A stretch of DNA of 64,000 nt from Verrucomicrobiota bacterium (GTDB lineage: Bacteria > Verrucomicrobiota > Verrucomicrobiia > Limisphaerales > UBA11358). The notes beneath the pieces are model-generated. The model had not been told where the DNA came from and made no database searches. It worked only from the letters and a program-made list of their open reading frames with translations. Shown here in pieces: positions 1 to 10,500 of the stretch. The first letter of the stretch is position 1; every line of letters begins with the position of its first letter. The position numbers and the translations under genes are program-made. The DNA lies in assembly GCA_036803685.1 (NCBI GenBank), contig DAIRTX010000011.1:303-64302 (forward strand), read 5' to 3'.

Positions 1-366
1 GGCGAGGAGGACGGGCGCGGGCTTGTCCACATACATCGTGTGCAAGCTGTGATGAGGGCGCATCTCAAATTGAGATGCGCCCGCCAGGCTGGGGCGCAGC
101 TTGACACCACCACCACCAAGGTAGGGCGGCGCTGCCGCGCCGCCCAAACTTCCACCAGAACGAGCGGAGCGATGTTCTTGCGTGCGCATTCCCATGGTTC
201 CGCCGGCATCGCTGCGCTGGCTGGCGGTGAGATTGGGGCAAACCGGCAGGTTTGCCCTGCCATTTGCGTGGGAGTGTCAAGCTGCGCCCGCCAGCCTGTT
301 TTGTTTATAATTAATATTTGTGTTCCAGGGAAATGGGCATAAATTTATTTTTCATACCAGGACCAG

Positions 367-750
367 ATGCCAACACCGGGAAATCAAGTGCGGCAGATTT
401 TGGTGGTGGACGACGAACCCGCCGTCTGCGATGCCATCAAGATGATGCTCAAGTTCGACGGACACGCAGTCCAGACTGCCAATGGCAGCAAAGCAGTCCT
501 GTCCTTGCTTGAGCAGGGCAAGTTTGACTTGATCATCACGGATTATTCCATGCCTGGAATGAAAGGCGACGAACTGGCCGCCGTCATCAAGCAGCGCCTG
601 CCCCATCAGCCAATCATAATGATTACGGGCTATGCCGAAATGTTGAAGTCTTCCGGTGATCCGCTTCCGGGCGTGGATTTCATAATCAGCAAACCATTTT
701 CGCTGGCAGACCTGCGCGAAGCCATTGCCGGGGTATTACCGGGAAGCTGA
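367..750 (+). CDS. Single-domain response regulator (CheY-like receiver)
   Basis: 127-aa ORF with receiver signature ILVVDDEP...DLIITDYSMPGMKGDEL...ISKPF. No output domain. Confidence 0.85.
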   Translation: MPTPGNQVRQILVVDDEPAVCDAIKMMLKFDGHAVQTANGSKAVLSLLEQGKFDLIITDYSMPGMKGDELAAVIKQRLPHQPIIMITGYAEMLKSSGDPLPGVDFIISKPFSLADLREAIAGVLPGS

Positions 751-810
751 AGGTTAGAGCCCAGGCATTCAGCTTGTTCCAGAATGCAGTTCCGCCATGC
801 GGGACTGATA

Positions 811-904
811 CCATTTCCCGATAATAATCGGCACCTATTCCAGACGGTAGGGCCGCGCTGCTGCGCGGCCATCATACCCGGCGGCGCAGCAGCACCGCCC
901 TACC
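811..904. repeat. 94-bp palindromic dispersed repeat, copy 1 (GGTAGGG...CCCTACC family)
   Basis: AT-rich arm (CCGATAATAATCGG), then closing stem GGTAGGG/CCCTACC around two GC hairpins. 91/94 identical to the reverse complement of 41925..42018. Lies between convergent genes. Confidence 0.85.
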
Positions 905-909
905 AAACG

Positions 910-1494
910 TCAGAGCGCAGTTAGAATCCGTTCGATTTGTTTCGCGTGATTGTCCAGATTGCCATCGGTCCACACAACGAAATCGGCGCGGGAAATTTTT
1001 TGTTCAACCGGCCATTGCGCGGCCAGGCGCTGCTTGATTTGCTCCGGCGTCCACCCCCGACTCAGCAGCCTTTGGCGCTGTGTCGGGGCGGAACAGGCGA
1101 CGCAAATGATTTTGTTGAAATGGGATTCGGCCCGGGTCTCGAAAAGCAGTGGAATCACAACGACGGCGAGCGCGCGGTTTTCCCCGCGCCAGGTTTCCAC
1201 TTGGGCGAGCCAGCGTTCGCGGATGCGCGGGTGGAGAATGGTTTCGAGTTTTTGGCGCGCGGCGGCATCGGTAAAAACGATTCGCGCCAGTTCATCGCGA
1301 CGAAGCCGTCCGTCCGAAGCCACGATGCTTTTTCCGAATTCAGCCTGGATTTTCGCGAGCGCGGGCTGGCCGGGTTGAACGAGTTGCCGCGCGAGTTCGT
1401 CGGTGTCCACCACCTGTGCGCCGCGGGCGCGGAGGAAATCGGCCGCGGTGGATTTGCCCATGCCCACGCCGCCAGTCAGACCGCAGACTTTCAT
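910..1494 (-). CDS. coaE: Dephospho-CoA kinase
   Basis: 194-aa ORF with P-loop GLTGGVGMGKST. Length and overall pattern are typical of CoaE. Confidence 0.9.
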   Translation of the reverse strand: MKVCGLTGGVGMGKSTAADFLRARGAQVVDTDELARQLVQPGQPALAKIQAEFGKSIVASDGRLRRDELARIVFTDAAARQKLETILHPRIRERWLAQVETWRGENRALAVVVIPLLFETRAESHFNKIICVACSAPTQRQRLLSRGWTPEQIKQRLAAQWPVEQKISRADFVVWTDGNLDNHAKQIERILTAL

Positions 1495-1511
1495 CGGTCC
1501 AAAATTGCCCG

Positions 1512-4500
1512 CTACGGCCCCAAGACGGCGCGGTAGAAGCGAGAGGGATAATTCGTCGAGCTCGGATCGGTGAACGTAAACGGCGGAGTGCTGGTAAAGA
1601 TGTTCACCCAGTTAAAGAGGTTGGTGGATGCCTGGATAATGATCGAAGCCGGCGGATTAGTCGGGTTGGTAATCGTGAGCCGGAATGTGCCGTTGGAGAT
1701 CACAAGACTTCCAAATTGCGGCGGACTGGAAACCCCGACGGTAACAGTTACGGACGCGGCATTGTCATCCGAATTGGGATCCGAAGTGACAGAACTCACA
1801 ATGGCGGAATTCGTGACAGAACCGGCGGCGGTCGGACGCAGAACCAGCGTGAGGGTTGCGCCGGCGTTGGCGGCAAGCGGGCCGACATTCCAAGCCAACA
1901 ATGAGCCGTTCGTGCTCACCGTGCCTTGCGAATTGGTGGCGGAAACAAACTGCGCACCGGATGGCAGAGGATTGGTCACGGTGACACCTGTGGAAGCCGA
2001 AGGCCCGTAATTTGTCACCGCGATGACGAAAGTCAGATTATTGGAAACCCCGACGGGATTCGGCGAAGCAGTCATGGAAATGGCGCTGTCCGCCGCTGAG
2101 CCGACGGGGCTGGAGGTGATCAAAGTGAGCGACCAGCCGTTGGAAATAGCGCCGGCGTTGATCGCCGCGTCGTCAATCACGAACAGCGACCAGGCGCCAT
2201 TCGGATTGCCAGCGTAGAGACCGGACAAATTCGTGGCATACGGGGCGGCCGGCGCGGGCGGGGAGAACGCGGGGCTCAGGATGAATGCCGTGGGTCTGTA
2301 GGTGCCGGAAACAATCTGGGCGGCGTTCGTCAAGAAGGGGTAGTTGGTGGCGTCATCAAAGGTGAGCGTAACGCCATTAACAGCGTAGCCGCCGCCCGCA
2401 TGGGCCATGAGCAATGCGCTTTGCTGGGACGGCGATTCCAGCAGCGCGTCAATGTCCGCAGGCCAGGAGTGAGTCAGATTGGCGAAGGTAACGGTGGCTT
2501 TGATCAACAAACCACCAACACCGCTGACGTTGATGGTGGACGGATACGGCGAGGCGCTCGCATGGTCGTTGATGATAATGAGGTTGGTGTTGGCAAACGT
2601 GTTTATCGAAGTTCCCAGCGTGTAGGTGAAGCTGTTGGTGCCGATGTTGTTGGTGCCGTCCTGCAGTTTGAAGGTGGCAACAATTTGCTGGCCGTTGGTG
2701 CCAACGGCCTTGAAGGAGAATGACTGGGAAGCCGAAGGACCGCCGACGATCAGGTAGCCATAGCGCTGCGGCGTGGATGCATTGGTGACGCCATTGATGT
2801 TGAGCAACGTGGCATACAGGTTGGTCACGTCGTTGCCACCGGCGTCGCGGAAGGCGAACAACAACGCAACCGTTTCACCCGGATCAATGATGCCGTTGGT
2901 CGGACCGGATTCAGAAATCAGGGTGGAACCCGCCGGAACCACGGAGCTGCCGCTGGTGTCATGGATGGTCAGTGTGGCGGCGTAGGGCGCAATGAGGATG
3001 CCATTGACCGGATTGGACAATTGCACCAGCACGGTTTTATCCGGTTGCACAACTGTGTTGTTAATCACGGTCACGGAAAAGGTCTGGCTGGTTTCGCCAT
3101 TGGTGAAAACGCACGTGCCGTTGGTCGCAATGTAATCCAAGCCGGCGACAGCAGTGCCGTTGGCGGTGGCAAAGTTGACGGAAGACACCGTGTTGGTGTT
3201 TTCAATGCGCAAAACTGTAATCGTCGCCGCCACGCCCGTTTTGAGCACGGTGTAGGTTGGGCTTGAAAAGCTCAAGCCGGAGTTGCTGTCAATGATGGTC
3301 ACGACCTGGTTGCTGGGCGACACGAGTTGTCCGGGCGGCGTGGGATTGGACAGGCTGACGGTGAAGGTGTGGTTGCCATTCACCAACGAGTTGGTGAGAA
3401 TCGGCACGCTGAAGGTGTTCGTTCCAACGCCGCCGGTGAAGACCAGCGTGCCGCTGGTGGCCGTGTAATCCACGCCGGCGACCGCGGTGCCGTTGGTCGT
3501 GGAATAATGCACAGACAGTGGTTCGACCCCGGGGTTGGAGCAAACAACGGTGATGATCGCGCTGCCCGCGTTTTTGTAAACGCTGGAGGCCGGGTTGAGG
3601 AAGCTCAAGCCGGCGTCGGCGTCCTGCAGCACAACCACCGTGTTGCTCGGGCTTGCCAGTTGAACGCCCGCGCTGGGGCTGGAAAGGCTCATGGTGAGCG
3701 CCAAATTGCCGGTGACTTGCGGATCATAAAGGAGCGGAAGTGAAATCGCCTTCAAGGTTTCGCCGGCGTTAAAAGTCAAGCTGCCGCTGACAGCGGTGTA
3801 ATTGACTCCGGCCACCGCCGTGCCGTTGGCGGTGGCATAGTTGACTTGAACGCTGCTGCTGGCGCCGCCGAACCGCTGGACAAATATCGGAACCAACCCG
3901 TTTGTCTCCCTCACATAATTGGTGGCATTGACGAAGGCCACGCCAATGTTCGTATGCAAAAGGGTCAAGGTCGCGTTGGTGGGGGCGATGAGCACCGCGC
4001 CGCTGCTTGGATTTGACAGCACCACTGACAGGCTTACAGGTCCCTGCGCGATGTTGTTGTTAACGAGCGGCACGGCGAACGTCTTGCTGGCATCTCCATC
4101 ATTGAAGGACAAGGTGCCGCTGGTGGTGACGTAATTCAACCCCGGCAAGGCCGTGCCCGCAACGGTGTTGTAAGCCACCGTGACAGTGCCGGATGTTCCG
4201 TTGGTGCGAACCACCGTGAGGTAGGCGTTGCCATCGCTTTCGTAGGCCGTGTAATTGGTCGTCGAAAAGCTCAACTGACCCGGGGCATAGACGGTGTCAA
4301 TGATGGTGAGCGTGGCGTTCGAGGGGCTGACCAAGGCGGTGTTGACCGCATTGTTCAACGTGAATGTCACCGTCCGGTAGCCTTCCGGCAGACTATTGTT
4401 GATGATGGGAACTTGAATCTGCTTGTCCGTGTCTCCCGGATTGAACGTGATGGTGGTGTTGGTCGGATAGAAATCCACACCCGGCACCGCCGAACCATCG

Positions 4501-7500
4501 GTGGTGGTGACGAAGTCCACCGAGGAGGTGCCGTTGGTGGTTCCCAAACGAATGACATCAATCGGCGCAAAACCAGTCAAAATATTTTTGCTGACCGAAT
4601 AATTTGCGGCTGAAAAACTCACGGCGCTGTCATCATTAATGATGGTCAGCACGGCTGTGGGTTGAAGTCCCATCCCCGCCGGCGGCGTTGGATTTGAAAT
4701 CGCCAGATTCACCGTCAAGTCGGGGGTAACAACTCCATCGTCCATCACCGGAACGGCCACCGTTTCCAGAACCTCGCCCGGCGGGAAATTGACTGTGGTG
4801 GCAACCGCAGTGTAATTCGTGCCCGCCACCGCCGAGCCACCGCTCGTCGTGGCAAAGTTGACGGAAATATTACCCGAGCCATCGGAATTGGGACCGCTGG
4901 TGCCGCCCGTGCGCCGGATTGTGACAAGGGCTTGTCCGCCCTTTTCGTCAACTTGATACCCGGCCGAGGTGAATTGCAGCAAGCCGGAACCTATCACCGA
5001 ACCGCCGTAAATCCGGGCAATATGCGCATGGGGTTGATCATCGTATTGGGTAAAGCCGCCGCCAATGACCAACATTTGATACGCGGGCTGAATGAGGAGC
5101 GCGTCAATGGCACCGTTCGCGCCGTCGCCGAAATTGATCGTCGCATCCACTGCGCCGTTCGGCAGCAACCGGGTGATGCGATTACGGGTGACACCATTGG
5201 CCCGGGTAAACTGGCCGACCAGCACGATCCGATTATCGGCCTGCACCGCAATGGCTTGCACGGAGCCATTGGCGCCGACGCCCACGTTGGTCGTGAAATT
5301 GGCATCCAACGAACCGTCGCTGTTCAAACGGGCAATACGGTTCAGGGCGGTCCCATTGACATTGGTGAAGTCGCCGCCAATGAGGATGCGGCCGTCACTT
5401 TGAATGGCAATGGCGCGAACGGTGTCATTGGCCCCCAAATTCAAGTCGAAGTTGGTGTCCACGGAACCGTCGCCATTCAATCGCGCGACATGGCCCAGGG
5501 CAAAACCATTGATGTTGGTGAACGCGCCGCCGACCAGCAATTTGCCCGCGAACGGCGAGTTGGCGGGATAAACGGCAATGGCATAGACCGCGCCGTTGGG
5601 GCCGGAACCGGTGGCAAAAGACGAGTCCAGCGAGCCGCCGGCAGAATTCGTACTGCCACCATTGAGGCGGGCAAGGTTGGGGCTGGCGCCGCCGCTGATG
5701 GTGTTGAACGCGCCGCCAACGTAAATTTCCCTCGCGCCATTAACGAAGGTTTCGGCCAGCGCGTAAACCGGAGCACTCGCTCCACCCGGGGGACTAAAGC
5801 TGGTGTCCAAGGAACCGTCGGTCATCAGGCGGGCGATGCGATTACGGGCAGTGCCATCAACGTTGTTGAACGCGCCGCCGATAATCACGCGCCCATCCGT
5901 TTGACAGACCACGGCCTGCACGGCGCCGCCGGTGGCGCCGGAATAAAGACCGTTGTTGAGGAAGCCGGCACTGTCCAGCGAGCCATCGGCGTTCAGCCGG
6001 GCGATGCCACTATCGGGGGCGCCATTGACATTGGTGAAGTTGCCACCGGCGAGGATTTGTCCGTTGGGTTGCAACGCGAGCGCCAGCACGTCGCCGTTCA
6101 TGACCGGAGTAAAGGAGCCGTCCAGCGAACCGGGCGGCCAGGTGTAAGTTTCGGCATCCAAAATGTTGACGACGGCATTGCTCGGCGAACCCAACATCGC
6201 GTTGACCGCATTGGTCAAACTCACATTGAAATTGAACGCATTGGTGCCTTCCGGCGCACCGATGTTGGTAATCGTCACGTTGAAGCTGGCAGCAGTTTGG
6301 TTGGCGGCAAAGTTAAGCACGTTGTTGGTGCCAACATAATTAATGCCGTTCGTAGCTTTGGGCCCGTTGCTGGTGTAATATCTGACAGAGACCGGGGCGG
6401 CGATGCCGCCCGTGCGAAGGACGGTGATGGTGACATAGCCGCCGTCTTCGCGGACGACATAACTGGGCGCGCTGAACTGGAACACACCGTAGCTGTTGTC
6501 GTTGGTGATCGTCAGCGTGGCATTGGTGATGGAATTGTTGGGCGGCGTGCCGACATAGAACAGCGCCGGCTGGTACGTGCCATTCTGCGTGGGATTGAAC
6601 AAGTAAACCCGAAATTGTTTAATGGGACCAACGACGCCGGTGTTTGTGAGCGCGATAGAGACGGTGCGCGACGAAGCGTCACCGCTGTTCCAATTCAGGA
6701 TGTTCGTCGCGCCGAAGTAATCCAGTCTGTTGGTTGCCGATGGGCCATCGGTGGTGGCGTATTGGACAGTAAGGGTGCCGGCGCAGCCGGCGACGCGATT
6801 GATGACGAAGGTGATGAAGCCGGCGCTTTCACTGCCGATGTAATTGTTGGCGCTGAGGGTCAAATAACCCCGGAAATTGGGGTTGATGAGGCGGAGCACC
6901 GCGTTGGATATTCCAATCGTCGCATTGCCATCAACGGGTGCGCTGAGGGGGGGGTTCAAGTGGAGAAAGACGGTCTTTTCCACAAACTCCGTGGAACTCA
7001 AGCCGTTGAGTATATTTGTAACCGTGAAGAAATTGCTGACATTGTTCGCTGAGATTGAGACAAGCTTGTTGGTGAGGCCTATGTAGTCTATGCCCACAAT
7101 GGCCGTTCCGTTGGTGGCGAAAGCACGCATGGACACCGGGCCGTAAACGCCATTGCTCCGAACCACTTCGATGGAAGTGATGATATTGGTTGCCACATAA
7201 AGGGAAGAGAAAAATCCGAACGTGCCGGAATTTTTCGAGTCATCAATCAGCGCGAACGGCGTCGCGGACACCCCCAGTGCGGCGCCGAGCGGAATGTTCT
7301 GGCCGCCGAGATAAAATTCATCGGCCCCGCTCGGGTTGGCCAGTTGGAACTGGGCATTGAGGTCGCCCAACATCGAGGGGTTTTTGCTGATGCTGAGCGT
7401 GACGAACGAATTGCTGCTAATTAACGAGTCCGTCTGAGACAAAGGGGCGAAGACATCCCGTAGCGAGCCATTGCCTCCAAACAGGCCATCACTGCGCAAG

Positions 7501-10500
7501 CGGGTTTGGGTCGAGGTGGTGAAACGCCAGGCGATCCAGAACAGGGGCGGCGGGCCGTCATACAAGTAATCCGCGCCGCTTTGGGCCGTGCCCGGCTGGA
7601 CGGAAAAGTTGGCTGAAACCGGCCCCAACACGCCGTTGGTCCGCACAAAGTACACGGATTTGGAGGGCTGGCTCCGGTTGGCCGAATAGGGCGGCGACAG
7701 ACTGATGTTGCCCGGTCCCGGCGTCGAGCCGCCAATCAAACGGGCGATGCTCTGGCGGTTGCGAACGCCATCGCGCGCCTTGGGTTCAACCCACAAGTTC
7801 GGGTCGCCGAAACCTTCCGGTATCCCCAGATGATTGTCCAAATAATTGCGGACGCTGGGGCTCGCCTGGCCGCCGCCCACCTGATAGAATGTTCCACCAA
7901 TGATCACGTTGCCATCGCTTTGGACGCCGGAGGCATAGACCGCCGGGGTATCGTCGGAATAAATCTTCTTCAGGCCGGCAAACTGGTTGTAAGCGGTGTC
8001 GAGGAACGTGGTGTCCACCGTGCCGTTGGCATACAACCGGGTGAAACCGAGGCGGTGCGTGCCGTTGAACGACGAGAATTGCCCGCCGACATACATCGTG
8101 CCGTCCAACTGGAGCGTGATGTTCTTAACCGTGTCGTCGGCGCCCAGTCCGGGGAAGAAACTGGTGGTGTCCAGGCTGCCATCCGGGTTCAGCCGCGCCA
8201 GGCGGTTGTAAGCAATGCCGTTGAAATGAGTAAACGCTCCGCCCACCACCACCTTGCCATCAAGCTGCCAGCCCAAGGCGTAAACCAGGTCATCGGCGCC
8301 GGAAAGGGGGCTGAAGGTGGTGTCCAGCGAACCATTGGCGGTGAAGCGGGCAATATCGGCATAACTTTGGCCGCTCACGTCGAAGTCGCCGCCAACCATT
8401 ATCCCGCCGCCCCCACCGAAAGTAACCGTCGCACTGTACGACCACAGGGTGCCAAACTGTCCACCGCCCTGATTCATGACAATGGTAATAAGGTTGGTGG
8501 TCAGGCCGTTGGTCGGACCAAAGGGGAGCACGAAAGTGTTGGAGAAGCTGACCGGGCCGGTATCGTAAATCAAAATGCCGGTGCCAGCAGCAACATTTGT
8601 ATCCCCGTAAAAAACCCGCATATCGTCGGGTTGTCCGAGCATGTCATAATTAACCGTCAGCGTACCGGCGGTGGCCAGGCCGAAGTTGACGGCTTGATCA
8701 ACCTCATTACTGCCGCCGCTGGAAGTGTTGTTGATTGCAAGACTGAAGACCGGCAATGCAATGGCATAAACCGGGCCATTGAGGGTGGTGCCCGGATCGA
8801 AGGTGGTGTCCAGGGTGCCATCGGCGTTCAACCGGGCAAGGTAATCGCGCGCCACGCCGTTGACGTTCTGAAATTCACCGCCAATCAACACCTTGCCGTC
8901 CGGTTGGACGGCGACGGCCCGAACGTAGTCATCCGCCGACGCGTTAAACCCCATGTCGAACGAACCATCGGCCTTCACCCGGGCAACGTAGCCGCACGGC
9001 GTGCCATTGAACGACGAGAAGTTGCCGCCGACGACAAACTTATTGTCTGGAGTCAAGGCCACCGAATTGATGGGGCCGTCATCAGGCCCGGAGCCGGGGT
9101 CGAACGATGAATCCAGAACGCCGTTGGTGTCAACGAGCGCGATGCTGTTGATTGAATTGCCGTTGTAAGTGGGAAAGTCACCGGCGATGAGCGTTTCATT
9201 GTTGGGCAAGACCAGCAGACTGTTCACCAAACCGGACACGCCAGGCATGCCATTGCCGCTCGGCAAGCCAAACACGATTTCGGGCGGCAAGGCCAGACTG
9301 TCGCCGAAATCCGGGTTGTATAATTCATCCACCGAACCGGCCGGCGGATGCTGGTCGTTAAACAGGATGGTCACGGTGGTTTCGGCGACCATGCCGGCAA
9401 GGGCGGGCACAGTTTGACCGCCAACAGTTATCATCTGATAAAGCTGGATTTTAAAATCCCGGTTGAATTTCGTGAGCGTGGAATTGGTGACCGTGAAGGT
9501 GATGGGCTGGTAAATTGCGTCAACGCCATTGGCGGGAAAGGTGATGGTGCCCCCCTGCCCCGTGTCTGCAGGAACCATGTCAAAGTCGGAATTGGTCGCT
9601 AGAATTGTCGCGAAATTCGGCGGCGTGGGGACGGCATAATCGGAGCCTGGCTGGAGGGGGAACCAATTATTCCACTCCTCGCTGGGATCTGCATCACTGT
9701 TAACGAAATTATTGACGCGGTAATGCATAGTAATCGCCGAGGTGTTGGTGGCAGTCGGGGAACGCGCCACATAAATGGTGACCGGCGTCGTATAGCCTTT
9801 GGAATTGGCCGGGTCGTTGACGTCTTCCGGAACGCGGAAATTGCACTTTTGAAAGCTGACGATGGGGTTGGTCGGCATCCCTATGACGTAATTGGTCGTC
9901 GCCGGCGTCGTATTGGTGTCCACCACCGGAATCAGGTCCGGCCCATAAGGATCGGCGCTCACATTCAAAATTTTCACCAGCGCGAGGCTGAAGCTGGGGT
10001 CCACGCGAGGCGGAGCGACAGCGCCGGATTCATATTCATGCAGATCAAGCCCGGGACTAGACAATTCCACTCCGAAAACCGTGTTATTCGTGTAGCCCCC
10101 CGAACCGTTGATGCCGGGATAAAGAATTGGAATGAGAATGGTCTTGCTCATCTCGTAATCATCGAAGAGCAGCGTGCCGCTGACCGGTGTGTAATCAACG
10201 CCGGCGACTGCCGGCACATCGTTATTTGGCAAAGCAGGCAGAGCCGTTCCATCTTCAGTCGTGTAATCCACCATGCAGCGCCCGGAAGAGCCGGCGACGC
10301 GGGTGACGGTGACCAGCACGCCCGGCACGTTGTAATTATAGTAGGTGAAAAGCACCGCATTGCCGACAGGAACATAATGTACCAGGTAAGCACTTTCCGT
10401 CTGGGCAGCCTGGTAAAGCGGCAACCCTGTCCAATAGTCCACGTCTTCGGTGGCAAAACGGAAGACGCCCGAAGATTTGTAGGCCCAATTAAGCAAAATG

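Noticed and set aside
1-36. Possible minus-strand gene start (ATG at 34..36, MYVDKPAPVLLA...) running off the left edge.
   Set aside because: Only 12 codons are visible, which is not enough to support a call.
4932-7052. 706-aa plus-strand ORF, plus similar ones at 7830..9110 and 9723..10697.
   Set aside because: They are entirely antisense to the giant minus-strand gene, which has clear domain content. Their R/G/A/V-rich composition is typical of antisense frames in GC-rich coding DNA, and I recognised no motifs.
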